From a virus, in IMG/VR virus record IMGVR_UViG_3300010354_012181, positions 1-64,000 of that record: a stretch of DNA of 64,000 nt. The stretch is one strand, 5' to 3'. Under the pieces are notes generated by a model. The model was not told the origin of the DNA. It worked only from the letters and a program-made list of their open reading frames with translations, and did no database searches. This document shows, piece after piece, positions 36,564 through 46,061 of the stretch. Positions within the stretch are counted from its first letter, which is position 1. The number at the start of each line of letters is the position of its first letter. The translations under genes and the position numbers were made by a program.

Positions 36564-37110
36564 AAATTTCTATAGCATCTTTAAATAAAATACGGCGATT
36601 GTTCTTTGTAATTATTAACGACAAACACCACCTACCAGTTGAATCAAAGTTTACAATTTTATGAGGACGACCTGCATTAATAATTACAGGTTGGTTAATT
36701 TTGACTGCTGTTACATTAAGTACTTCATTGTCATCTAAACTTATATATTGTGTATTGACTGCGGTTTTTGAAGTTACAAAAATCTTGTTTGTATCCTTTG
36801 TTTCCCCATAACACATGATATGATTTTCTGATCCCCAAACATAATTTATCTTTACAAAATCTTCAGGGGGATTCATATCAATATGCCAAGGTAGTCTTCC
36901 AAAAGGCGGAGTGTAGAATAATTCAGAGTTTATTAAAGTACAATCTAGCGATGAAAAAAATGAAAATATCTTATCATTAAAAATGTAATTAAGTTGATTC
37001 CAATGATTATTTTTATTTTGATCTATACTTTTAGATAGATCAAATGATATCTGATCTTTATCAAAAAAAATTTCAGGTAGAGTTAAAAATCTATAATAAG
37101 GTGATAGCAT
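36541..37110 (-). CDS. Cupin/2OG-Fe(II)-like protein
   Basis: WHID...INAGRPHKIVN...RWCLSL. Confidence 0.65.
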   Translation of the reverse strand: MLSPYYRFLTLPEIFFDKDQISFDLSKSIDQNKNNHWNQLNYIFNDKIFSFFSSLDCTLINSELFYTPPFGRLPWHIDMNPPEDFVKINYVWGSENHIMCYGETKDTNKIFVTSKTAVNTQYISLDDNEVLNVTAVKINQPVIINAGRPHKIVNFDSTGRWCLSLIITKNNRRILFKDAIEIFSEYVVN

Positions 37111-37636
37111 AGTCTTTGTATTTTTCGTAACTACGTTTTATCAATTCTTTATGCTTTTGTGGATTTACAAACCCCCTAACATATATAGTTTCTCTGTTTT
37201 TATCTTCTTTTACACGGTGATATCCTACCGTTGAATTTAAAAGATAGCAACATGGAATGTTAGGTACCGCGGCATCTATCCATTCGTTCCCGTTAAACAC
37301 TTCTAAACTATCATTATTACCTTTCAGTATAAATCTGTAACCGCAAGGTTCGTTTTCTTTGATGTGATCTAGTTCGCCTTGTTCAAAGGTCATCGAAGGA
37401 TAGACATCAACATGACTTTCTACTTTTCTTTGTTGTATTTTATGTGTTAAAGTAGTAATCTTTTCAAAAGGTAATTGTTTTAATATTTCTTCAAATCTAG
37501 TATTTGTCAGACTCTGTTGATCTATAGGTGTCGAAGACCAATACGGATTGTATTCTTTTAATTCTATGGATCTATCTTCTTGATGGAATTCTAGTAAAGA
37601 TAAATCTATATCAATGGGAAGAAATAAAAAATTCAT
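37091..37636 (-). CDS. Cupin/2OG-Fe(II)-like protein
   Basis: SHVD...LLNSTVGYHRV...R; start re-assigned to ATG 37636. Confidence 0.6.
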   Translation of the reverse strand: MNFLFLPIDIDLSLLEFHQEDRSIELKEYNPYWSSTPIDQQSLTNTRFEEILKQLPFEKITTLTHKIQQRKVESHVDVYPSMTFEQGELDHIKENEPCGYRFILKGNNDSLEVFNGNEWIDAAVPNIPCCYLLNSTVGYHRVKEDKNRETIYVRGFVNPQKHKELIKRSYEKYKDYAITLL

Positions 37637-37637
37637 T

Positions 37638-38378
37638 TTATATAATTTTATTTGTTTCCGAAATAAAACAATTTGTTCGATACTTCTCAATGCTACGATC
37701 GATCAATATTTGATATTTGTCTATATCAAGTTCGTATCGATCTAGGATGATTATTATTTTTCTAAACCCCGGAATGAATTCACTGCCGTGTTTCGTTCGA
37801 AGATTATTCCATACATAAGAATTAGTGTCTTGTAATCTCGGTATAGGAAATTTTTTAGAAAGATTGTCTGGTGTATCAGGTAAAGACTGTATAAGACTTA
37901 ATGTTTGTTTAGGATTTTCGTCATACAACATTATTCTAAATGCTCCAGGAAAATCAACAAATTTAGTATGATCCCTATGAAAGGGTATAGAAGTTGTGCT
38001 GCTCCACATTCTAATCCTTGAGATTTCATGAAAAGGTAAATGGCTAATCAAACTATCATAAACATATTGAAAATCTGTCATGAATTCTTGTTTCACATTT
38101 AATGTCCATATATCTTGTTGAGCCATTTCATTTGTAGGCATGACGTCAACAGCATTGAAAGATGTCATCCCATACAGATTATTTGCCACATCTGGTTGTA
38201 TTTTATAAGTTGGTTTGGAATTTTTAAAAAACCAATCCACCAAATCCGGAAATTCAAATTTTGGTATATCTAAAGGAATTAAACAATAGTTGCCATACTT
38301 TTCTAATTCTGTTAATCTAGGATAGGCTGACAAATTTTCTAATCGTCTACTGGTAAAAAATTCTTTTTCTTTTAACAT
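37638..38378 (-). CDS. Cupin/2OG-Fe(II)-like protein
   Basis: FHRDH...VWNNLRTKHGS. Confidence 0.6.
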   Translation of the reverse strand: MLKEKEFFTSRRLENLSAYPRLTELEKYGNYCLIPLDIPKFEFPDLVDWFFKNSKPTYKIQPDVANNLYGMTSFNAVDVMPTNEMAQQDIWTLNVKQEFMTDFQYVYDSLISHLPFHEISRIRMWSSTTSIPFHRDHTKFVDFPGAFRIMLYDENPKQTLSLIQSLPDTPDNLSKKFPIPRLQDTNSYVWNNLRTKHGSEFIPGFRKIIIILDRYELDIDKYQILIDRSIEKYRTNCFISETNKII

Positions 38379-39100
38379 TTTTTTGTGAATATGCTTATAC
38401 CTAATTTAGAATTAATTCCTAATTTTCTAAAATCGCTCGCACAATGGAGTCTTACGCTATCAAATATAATAGCGTTTCCTGGTATCCAACTTACTATAGA
38501 ATTCAAGCTTAATCCGGTTAACCAAGAAGGTTTCATATGACTAAAATAATCTTTTACGAGTTGATCGTCAATTTTATCTAGTGATAAATTTTCAACTTCT
38601 GTATAATCATATAATTGTTTGTTATAATATGTCGGAATATTTTTATCTCCATAAAAAAATTTAGAGGGCCCATGGAAATAGCATTGATCAAAAAAACATA
38701 GTTTCGGAAACTTTTTTATTTCTTGAGGATAAATCTTTAGAGGTAGAGTTATACCCTTATAAACATTAGACGGTAATTCATGTGTATCATCATTATGGAT
38801 TATATGGGGATAATTCGTTTTAAAAAAGAAAGCGGCTGTTATTTCAAAATTTCCTATGTGGTCTTTTAATTTTTTTAGAATCTTTGATATTATAATATCT
38901 TCAGAATAATATTTGAGATCAAGTGTGATGGGTCCGGTATTTTTGTAGATCTTTCCTTGGTAAAAATTATTTGTATTATCTGCTTGATCAAAGATTTTTT
39001 CTAAATAATCTATCTCTTCTGTATTTAGAAAATTATCAACTGAAAAGGGAGAAGAAAATGTTTCTTTTATGGATTGAATTTGTTCTAATGTTCTTTTCAT
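38372..39100 (-). CDS. Cupin/2OG-Fe(II)-like protein
   Basis: IHND...WIPGNAIIFDSVRLHCAS...KLGISIF. Confidence 0.65.
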   Translation of the reverse strand: MKRTLEQIQSIKETFSSPFSVDNFLNTEEIDYLEKIFDQADNTNNFYQGKIYKNTGPITLDLKYYSEDIIISKILKKLKDHIGNFEITAAFFFKTNYPHIIHNDDTHELPSNVYKGITLPLKIYPQEIKKFPKLCFFDQCYFHGPSKFFYGDKNIPTYYNKQLYDYTEVENLSLDKIDDQLVKDYFSHMKPSWLTGLSLNSIVSWIPGNAIIFDSVRLHCASDFRKLGINSKLGISIFTKKC

Positions 39101-39101
39101 A

Positions 39102-39596
39102 TTAATCTACTGACATAACTAGATGAATCCTGGTAAGATTAATATGGCCGTTTATAAATGTATGAGACTTAGTAGTATCTGTAATATAAGATTTTCCGGT
39201 TTGTAACTGGTGACATTCATTTTCATAGGGCCATATCATCCAACATTGTTCATTGGTTATTATCGGAATATGCACACGTTTGAAAATATCTCTATGGATA
39301 GAATATGATTTTCTAGGTTCCATAATCATGATTCTTGCCCTAAATCCGTTATGTTCAAGAATAACTTTTTCTATTTCTGAATTTTTTAGAGAATCGGGAA
39401 TATACCGATAAGATTTTTCTAATTTATTTTCGAGATTGGCCAAAGAACCTATGCTTTCTTGCCAGTTTTCATTACGTTCTGTACTCATTTGGCAACTAAT
39501 CTGGCTAGTCCCTGGCTGTAATTTATTCAATAATTTGTTAACTTCCGCACATAATTCGCCGAAATTTGGTATTTGTTTTAATGGTTCTACTAACAT
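39102..39596 (-). CDS. Asp/Asn beta-hydroxylase-like protein
   Basis: YSIHRD..RVHIPIITN...DTTKSHTFIN...RIHLV. Confidence 0.75.
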   Translation of the reverse strand: MLVEPLKQIPNFGELCAEVNKLLNKLQPGTSQISCQMSTERNENWQESIGSLANLENKLEKSYRYIPDSLKNSEIEKVILEHNGFRARIMIMEPRKSYSIHRDIFKRVHIPIITNEQCWMIWPYENECHQLQTGKSYITDTTKSHTFINGHINLTRIHLVMSVD

Positions 39597-39672
39597 AAAT
39601 AAATTATATATCTTGTGATATTTATCGGTATTATATGCTCACAGATTATGATAGAAAATTGGAGATTGATTC

Positions 39673-39999
39673 ATGCCCTGGATAGTACAAAGTGTATATA
39701 AAAGGCCAAATAAAGATGTAATTTGGCACACCCAGGCTTTTGATAAAAATTCAGTAAGCCTAAGTTTCGCATCTTGGTCAATGAAGGTGTGTTTATTTGG
39801 CCGTAGAAGGACTGAAAACGAAATCGACGAACTTACATTACAAATACAGACTGTTTGGCAAACGAAAGAAGAATACGATGAATTTATGTCTATTCCTTCA
39901 GTAAAAGAGCATTTTAATAACGTGGCTTTATATAACGCTAATATGGGCATTAAGACTGAACCAAAGTTAGAGTTTTATAATGATCCAATAAATCCTTAA
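39673..39999 (+). CDS. Hypothetical protein
   Basis: GGAG RBS; 108 aa; ends at a bidirectional terminator. Confidence 0.65.
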   Translation: MPWIVQSVYKRPNKDVIWHTQAFDKNSVSLSFASWSMKVCLFGRRRTENEIDELTLQIQTVWQTKEEYDEFMSIPSVKEHFNNVALYNANMGIKTEPKLEFYNDPINP

Positions 40000-40028
40000 A
40001 AAAAGGACTCATAAAGAGTCCTTTTTTT
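39999..40028. terminator. Bidirectional intrinsic terminator
   Basis: AAAAAAGGACTC-ATAAA-GAGTCCTTTTTT between convergent genes. Confidence 0.9.
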
Positions 40029-40044
40029 GACAAGTTATAGATTA

Positions 40045-40602
40045 TTAATGAAATCTTCTAGTGAAACTTAAACCATATATTCTTTGCTCAATAGTTCCAT
40101 CAACTATGTAATAAGCAAGACCTATTTGATTTTTCTTATCTAAATTATAATTTAAGCCTGCTCTCCATGTTCTGGTTTGATCGTTTTTACCTTCCTGAAA
40201 AGAAGATCTAAATCTCCAACCAAGGGTAGAAACAAATCCACTGTTTCCTAAAGGCAAAGCAAAACTAGGATTAATTGAATAATAGGCATAGTTTCCAGTC
40301 GTGGCATTACCTGAATATCTTTCTCCTATGGCTGCACGAACAGAAAAACCAGAATCAAATGTACGCATAACTCCTGCCTCTAATCTATTAGAAACTGCCT
40401 GCGTACTATCTACTTTGAGTCCAGTGACTGCTATATCGCCAAACCAATTTTTTGTAATGCTATCGCGCACAGTAACCACTACTGCTTTCATGTCTGATAC
40501 TCCATTTTTGCTGTCTAGGTCTTGAAGTTCAACATTAATAGACTGTGCCTGTGCAGCTGCAGAAAAAATAGCAATCACAATCGCTGCGGTAAATTTAAAC
40601 AT
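40045..40602 (-). CDS. Outer-membrane beta-barrel (porin-like) protein
   Basis: Signal peptide AQA; amphipathic beta strands; aromatic C-terminal strand; AAGGAG RBS. Confidence 0.7.
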   Translation of the reverse strand: MFKFTAAIVIAIFSAAAQAQSINVELQDLDSKNGVSDMKAVVVTVRDSITKNWFGDIAVTGLKVDSTQAVSNRLEAGVMRTFDSGFSVRAAIGERYSGNATTGNYAYYSINPSFALPLGNSGFVSTLGWRFRSSFQEGKNDQTRTWRAGLNYNLDKKNQIGLAYYIVDGTIEQRIYGLSFTRRFH

Positions 40603-40645
40603 AACTTCTCCTTGTGTTTGTGTCTATTATATATCGATAAATTAC

Positions 40646-41503
40646 TTACTTACGATTAATTATGAAATCCTCATCGTTTATGATTTCTTTATTATATTCA
40701 TAATTTTGAGGAATCCAATCTTGATTTAAAATATCTGAATCTGCAGAATATTCTATCATAAAATTAGATGGAGTATTGAAGTACCAATATGTGGCTGATG
40801 AAATATTATGCCTCCCAGGACCTTTAGCAGTTCTCCAGCCAGACCTCTGCATGTGTTGTCCGCCTGCAAATAGTTCATATATATCTCCCACGGAAAATGC
40901 TATATGATGTAGACCTTTATCTTCCGACTGTATTAGAAAAAGTCTATGATGATAATCCAATGCAGCGGCACGTAAAAATATTCCTCTGTTTAATAACCTG
41001 TCGCTGACAACAAAGCCCAGGTCAGTATAAAATTTTTCTGCTGTTTCTATATCATCTGAGAATAAAACAACATGAGCGATCTCATATGGATATGCTCTTT
41101 CATATTTTTTCACAGGAGAATTAATTCTAACATTGTTACCTAATGAATTAGTGGCTGTTCCCCGATTTTCCGAGATTGTTTTAGAAAACTGCTCTAAAAT
41201 AATCGTATAATCATGACAATCCTTTAGAGATATTTTATTCTCTATTGGTCTAAAATCTTTATAGTTTATTCTGTTTGAAATTAAAACTGCACAGACAAGA
41301 TCTATATCATCTACGTACCAAGTAATAGAATTAAATTCATCTTTGCAATCACTATTTAAGGTAATAGAAGATCCATCTAAAGTTTTAAAAATATAATTGT
41401 CTATAGTCTGTAATCCGAAATCCGATAAGAAGGACACAGTTTTGTCAACATCATTAACTGATATCGATATATCTTTTATTCCCTTGATATTATTATTCAA
41501 CAT
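40646..41503 (-). CDS. VOC-family extradiol ring-cleavage dioxygenase-like protein
   Basis: IAHVVL, LHHIAF, GPGRH, YWYFNTP...IEY. Confidence 0.82.
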   Translation of the reverse strand: MLNNNIKGIKDISISVNDVDKTVSFLSDFGLQTIDNYIFKTLDGSSITLNSDCKDEFNSITWYVDDIDLVCAVLISNRINYKDFRPIENKISLKDCHDYTIILEQFSKTISENRGTATNSLGNNVRINSPVKKYERAYPYEIAHVVLFSDDIETAEKFYTDLGFVVSDRLLNRGIFLRAAALDYHHRLFLIQSEDKGLHHIAFSVGDIYELFAGGQHMQRSGWRTAKGPGRHNISSATYWYFNTPSNFMIEYSADSDILNQDWIPQNYEYNKEIINDEDFIINRK

Positions 41504-42470
41504 TTACAATGATTTTAAATTTTTTAATATTATTATCAAACTTATTATACAAATTTCTAAATGCTGTTTCCATGTCTTTAGGAGAACCTCCAGCAGTTGA
41601 ATAGGCAAGTCCGCTAAATTTTGTCCTAACTTCTTGATCTTTTAATATTTCATTTATATGATAATTCAATGAATTAACAATATTGCTATTCATACCAGCA
41701 GGACCCATTAGAGCGAACCATCCTGAAAAATCTGCAGGAGTTAATCCTGTCTCGGAAAGTGTGGGAATTTCCGGTGCAAATTGACTTCTTTTGTCTGAAG
41801 CAACAGCTATTACATTGACCTTTTTACTTTCTATCGCAGAGATAACCGGAAATAATCCAGTTATCATCATTGAAACTTCATTAGATAATAGAGCAGTAAC
41901 CGCAGGAAAATTTCCTCTATAGGGTACCTGAACAATATCTAAACCTAATTCTTTCTTATAGTATTCTCCAACCATGTTCATCGGACTGCCACTACCGGGC
42001 GTAGCGTATGATCTTATTCTTCCTTGTTTTATCGCATCAATTAACTCTTTATTTGTTCTAACATTTGTTGAACTGTTTACTACTATAAAAAGATTTGTTT
42101 CTCTGATGACTTTTACTATTGGCGTGAAATCTTTGAAAATATCATATGAAATTCTATCACCTAGAACAAATTTAGAAGTTATAATCGTGCTAGGTGTTAA
42201 CAACAGAGTGTATCCGTCAGGTTTAGATTCTGCTACGAATCTATTACCTATAGTTCCGCTGGCTCCTGATTTATTAAGGACTAACACATTTTGATTTATT
42301 CTTTTAGATAATTTTTCTGCTAATACTCTTGCGATCACATCTGTATCTCCTCCCGTAGGAAACGAAACTACAATAGTTATGGGTCTATCAAATGTAACAT
42401 TAGCAAATACAGCAGGAGATATTAACAATAATAAAACAAATGCTGCTAATCTATTTCTAAAAATTTTCAT
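41493..42470 (-). CDS. tctC: Bug/TctC solute-binding protein
   Basis: RPITIVVSFPTGGDTDVIAR, NKSGASGTIG, PDGYTLL, VPYRG, PEIPTLSE. Confidence 0.9.
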   Translation of the reverse strand: MKIFRNRLAAFVLLLLISPAVFANVTFDRPITIVVSFPTGGDTDVIARVLAEKLSKRINQNVLVLNKSGASGTIGNRFVAESKPDGYTLLLTPSTIITSKFVLGDRISYDIFKDFTPIVKVIRETNLFIVVNSSTNVRTNKELIDAIKQGRIRSYATPGSGSPMNMVGEYYKKELGLDIVQVPYRGNFPAVTALLSNEVSMMITGLFPVISAIESKKVNVIAVASDKRSQFAPEIPTLSETGLTPADFSGWFALMGPAGMNSNIVNSLNYHINEILKDQEVRTKFSGLAYSTAGGSPKDMETAFRNLYNKFDNNIKKFKIIVNVE

Positions 42471-42471
42471 A

Positions 42472-43620
42472 TCAATTCTTTCCTAATAAATCGTTCGGTA
42501 AAATAAAATTTTTTTCATTCAAATAAAAATCATCTACTTTGCTTTGACTAATTTTTAAGTCAAAATTATCTTTAGATTTAAACCCTAAACCAATTTGGCG
42601 ACACTGGGTTTGAACATATCTTGCTATATCATAACGGTAGTCAACATACATTTTCAGCACATTGTCGAGATTGCTATCTAAATTCAAAAGTTGTGTTAAT
42701 GTAGCAGCGTCCTGCAAAGCCTGAGCACCCCCCTGTGCCATGAAAGGCAACGATGCATGAGCCGAGTCACCTATAAACACTATGTTTCCTTTGTTCCATG
42801 GTTTAGGAAGATTAACTTCTTCCACACAGGTAAAATTTACATGAGTCAAAGAATCTATTTCATCTATTATTTCTTTAACCAGTCCATTACAATGAGATGA
42901 AAATTTTTCTTTCATTGCCGCAGGCTGCTGTTCTATTGGTATTTTATACTTAGATTCTTCCGGCATCGCTGCCCAAGTATACATGTATTCATTATCTAAA
43001 GGCACAAAACCTAATCTGAAACCATCACCTATTACAATTATTTTTTCATTTATTTCAGGACGCCTTAAATGTAAACTATGCCAGAGTCCGAAGTTAGTAA
43101 AAACTGACTGCTGATTTTTAAAAAGATGCTGTCTAATAGAAGAGTTGGTACCGTCTGCTGCTATTATCAAATCATAGTTATCCGAAATTCCATTATTCAA
43201 ACTTACTTTAGAATTTAAATATCCGTTCAAAGTTTCATTTAATATAAAACAATTAAAATGAAATTTAACTTTATAGCGGCTTGCTGTTTTATATAATATT
43301 TTTAAAAACTCATATCGATTAATCCCGACATAAGAAGGATATTTCTTTTCTATAGAAGGAAAATAAACTTTTCCTAATAATTTAGAATCATAACTCCAAA
43401 ATTCTGTATCTCCAGATAAAGTACAGCCTTTCAACAATATTTTGTCTAAGACTCCGATATAATCTAAACATTTAAGAGCATTACTGTATAATACTATACC
43501 AGCACCCCTAGTAAAAATATTAGATTTTTTTTCTACAACCGTAACATTATGTCCTTGCTGTGATAAGGCAGCGGCAACATAACAACCTGCGATACCTGCT
43601 CCTTGAATTAAAATTTTCAT
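42472..43620 (-). CDS. FAD-dependent monooxygenase (aromatic hydroxylase family)
   Basis: GAGIAG, AADGTNSSIR, IGDSAHA..PFMAQGGAQALQDA. Confidence 0.9.
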   Translation of the reverse strand: MKILIQGAGIAGCYVAAALSQQGHNVTVVEKKSNIFTRGAGIVLYSNALKCLDYIGVLDKILLKGCTLSGDTEFWSYDSKLLGKVYFPSIEKKYPSYVGINRYEFLKILYKTASRYKVKFHFNCFILNETLNGYLNSKVSLNNGISDNYDLIIAADGTNSSIRQHLFKNQQSVFTNFGLWHSLHLRRPEINEKIIVIGDGFRLGFVPLDNEYMYTWAAMPEESKYKIPIEQQPAAMKEKFSSHCNGLVKEIIDEIDSLTHVNFTCVEEVNLPKPWNKGNIVFIGDSAHASLPFMAQGGAQALQDAATLTQLLNLDSNLDNVLKMYVDYRYDIARYVQTQCRQIGLGFKSKDNFDLKISQSKVDDFYLNEKNFILPNDLLGKN

Positions 43621-43621
43621 T

Positions 43622-44401
43622 TTAAATTTTATGTAAAGAATCGTAAGTAGATTCTATGAGAATTTTATCTGTTTCATCAGTTCTTACACCAGTAATTACG
43701 AAAATTATTCTAGGAGATCTGCTCATGTTCACAGTGCTATGCGGAACATTAAGAGTATCGAATATATGTACGTCGCCCGCTCTCCAATTGGTGTATACAT
43801 AATTTCCGTAAACCATCACTTGACCTGGTTCATAATCCTGTAATGTTACAACCATTCTAGTGACTTTATGGGGTGCTGCTGGATATCTATGCCATAATTT
43901 GTCTATATGCATAGGAAAAGTCTGACCAGGAAATTGTGTATGAATTCTAGTTCTACAACGTTTCAACTGCCAATAGTCAGCCATTTTTTTCAAAACAGGA
44001 TGATCTGCTATGAGAGGTTCTGGAACAACCTGGGTAAATTCTATGCCACCAAATTCTTTTCTATCATAATGTTCTTGTTCTAAGAGAGGACTCTTTCCTC
44101 CAGGGAATCCGGGATGAGCTTGTTTGTCTGTTAATTCATTCCAGCCTATTTTTTTTGATTCCTCAATCAAAAAAGGATAAAGATCCAGCAAAGATTTTTT
44201 ATCTTCATCGTTCCAATCATATCTACCTAATCTAGAAAAATATTCCCCTTCTTGATCTTGTTTCCATTTATCAAAATGATAATTAGAAAATTTATCCTTG
44301 ATATATTCAAAATTACTCTTATAACCAGTAGAGTCTTGGTATTGAAAATCTAAAGGTAAAGAATGGAATTTAGCTCTGTTTTCAAAAATTTTTGGATTCA
44401 T
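43622..44401 (-). CDS. Asp/Asn beta-hydroxylase-like 2OG-Fe(II) protein
   Basis: PGQTFPMHID...WRAGDVHIFD...PHSTVN...PR. Confidence 0.7.
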   Translation of the reverse strand: MNPKIFENRAKFHSLPLDFQYQDSTGYKSNFEYIKDKFSNYHFDKWKQDQEGEYFSRLGRYDWNDEDKKSLLDLYPFLIEESKKIGWNELTDKQAHPGFPGGKSPLLEQEHYDRKEFGGIEFTQVVPEPLIADHPVLKKMADYWQLKRCRTRIHTQFPGQTFPMHIDKLWHRYPAAPHKVTRMVVTLQDYEPGQVMVYGNYVYTNWRAGDVHIFDTLNVPHSTVNMSRSPRIIFVITGVRTDETDKILIESTYDSLHKI

Positions 44402-44586
44402 AAATTCTCTTTAGTTTGATATGAAATGACTATTAACCAATCTATAAGATCAGTTTCATCTTCGTCCGGCACGCCCTTAATTCCGTCATAAGAAATAAGA
44501 ACTTTACACCTAGGTCGAGCGGCATCATCCGGTGCTACTGGACCAGTTTTCCAAATTCTTGGTTTCATTTTTACTGTTTCTGACAT
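44398..44586 (-). CDS. Small hypothetical protein heading the minus-strand operon
   Basis: 62 aa; ATGA overlap with the next gene. Confidence 0.55.
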   Translation of the reverse strand: MSETVKMKPRIWKTGPVAPDDAARPRCKVLISYDGIKGVPDEDETDLIDWLIVISYQTKENL

Positions 44587-44638
44587 ATGTTTTACTTATT
44601 ATTTGACACTATAACTAGTAATTATTTTGGAAAAGATG

Positions 44639-44667
44639 TTGATTCTTTTAAAAAAATTGTATATAAT
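44639..44667 (+). promoter_or_regulatory. sigma70-type promoter for the tRNA-like RNA
   Basis: TTGATT-17-TATAAT; expected start site about 44674. Confidence 0.7.
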
Positions 44668-44673
44668 TAGAAT

Positions 44674-44783
44674 GTGGTCGTGAGTGGAACAGGCAGACCT
44701 CCGGTCCGTTGCGAAACGCACTTGGGAATGGGGCGCCGTCTTAGACACAGCCTTTGTAGGTTCGAATCCTACCGACCACACCA
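44674..44783 (+). tRNA. Aberrant 110 nt tRNA-like RNA (Leu TAG-like, extra arm 5' of the anticodon stem)
   Basis: GTGGTCG/CGACCAC-A-CCA acceptor; GTAGG-TTCGAAT-CCTAC T arm; GCCGT-CTTAGAC-ACAGC arm; about 35 nt inserted hairpin. Confidence 0.7.
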
Positions 44784-44826
44784 GATTCTATTATAAGTAG
44801 AATACTACTAACTAAAAGGAAACATT

Positions 44827-45021
44827 ATGTCAAACACAGTAGAACAACTAAAAGCAGCATTTGAAGCTTTCTTGGCCGAAGATGCAAAATTTGCCGCTGG
44901 TAACAATGCCGCTGGTACTCGTGCCCGCAAAGCCCTACAAGAAGTAGGTAAGGCAGTCAAGGCTCGTAGAAACGAAATCACTGCTGAGAAAAACGCTCGC
45001 AAGGAAGCCAAGGCCAAGTGA
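44827..45021 (+). CDS. Histone H1-like (Hc1-type) small basic protein
   Basis: KFAAGNNAAGTRARKALQEVGKAVKARRNEI; AAGGA RBS. Confidence 0.75.
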   Translation: MSNTVEQLKAAFEAFLAEDAKFAAGNNAAGTRARKALQEVGKAVKARRNEITAEKNARKEAKAK

Positions 45022-45022
45022 G

Positions 45023-45571
45023 ATGGATCTTGATGCATTCTCCAGCGGTCAAATAGTCAGCAAACTTTGGCTGGCCAAGGAATTAGAACCTATCGCTGGA
45101 GAACATGCTAACCCCGCAAAGATAGTCTTAGTGGGCGGTTGGTACGGCATTCTTAATTTGTTATTAAGAACAAGATCCAATATGTCAATCGAATCTGTAA
45201 GAAGCGTAGATATCGATAAAGATGCCTGCTCCTTAGCAGATAAGATAAATGACACGTGGGTGTGGCAGAATTGGAAATTTAAAGCCATAGTCGCAGATGC
45301 TAATGAGTATGATTATGCTGATAGCAATCTCGTTATCAATACCAGCGTAGAACACATAGATACTCATCAGTGGTTCGATAATATACCCGTAGGTTGCTTG
45401 GTAGTACTGCAGAGCAATGATATGAACCATGAAGATCACTGCAACAATCATGAATCTCTTGAAAAATTCTTAGAGGATTTTCCTCTTACAAAAATTTTAT
45501 ATTCCGGATCTAAGCACTTTGAATATCCCAACTGGGGTTTCAATAGATTCATGATAATAGGTTTGAAATAA
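45023..45571 (+). CDS. Methyltransferase-fold protein
   Basis: LVGGWYG, SVDID, VINTSVEH. Confidence 0.65.
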   Translation: MDLDAFSSGQIVSKLWLAKELEPIAGEHANPAKIVLVGGWYGILNLLLRTRSNMSIESVRSVDIDKDACSLADKINDTWVWQNWKFKAIVADANEYDYADSNLVINTSVEHIDTHQWFDNIPVGCLVVLQSNDMNHEDHCNNHESLEKFLEDFPLTKILYSGSKHFEYPNWGFNRFMIIGLK

Positions 45572-45581
45572 AGGATAGACT

Positions 45582-46061
45582 ATGAATAAAAAAGATATAG
45601 AAACATACGACGATGTTGTTATTGATCTAGGAGATTACGGTGCTGCTCAGCCAGCTATAGAAACTATCAGTATAAGCGGTTTAGATACTATTACTTTAAA
45701 TAGTTCAATGTATGATACAGGATCATTAACCAGTTCTTCAGTTATATCATTCCCAAGCACGTATACTACTAATTCGACCGGTATATCTTATACAAATACC
45801 CCTACCTATACTTTTAACTCTACATTTTCAGATCCAATAGTTAACATAGATTCGGATGGGGTGAATATAAAAGAAGGCGGAGATCTCAAGATTGGCAACA
45901 CTAGTCTTAAAGAATTTATAACAAAGATGGAGCAGAGATTGGCTATTCTAGTGCCGGATCCTGCTAAATTAGAAAAGTTTGAAGCATTGAAAAAAGCCTA
46001 CGAACACTATAAGACAATGGAAAAACTTTGCTTCGATGAACCGGATAAAGAGGAAAATTGA
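45582..46061 (+). CDS. Hypothetical phage protein
   Basis: AAGGA RBS; Ser/Thr-rich middle, helical C-terminus. Confidence 0.75.
   Translation: MNKKDIETYDDVVIDLGDYGAAQPAIETISISGLDTITLNSSMYDTGSLTSSSVISFPSTYTTNSTGISYTNTPTYTFNSTFSDPIVNIDSDGVNIKEGGDLKIGNTSLKEFITKMEQRLAILVPDPAKLEKFEALKKAYEHYKTMEKLCFDEPDKEEN

Noticed and set aside
25233-44586. Lasso peptide or RiPP cluster (AsnB-like enzymes plus the 62 aa ORF at 44398)
   Set aside because: No B1/B2 leader-binding or peptidase genes were recognised, and the small ORF has no convincing precursor signature.
44674-44783. tmRNA
   Set aside because: Too short, no G3:U70 alanine identity and no tag reading frame.
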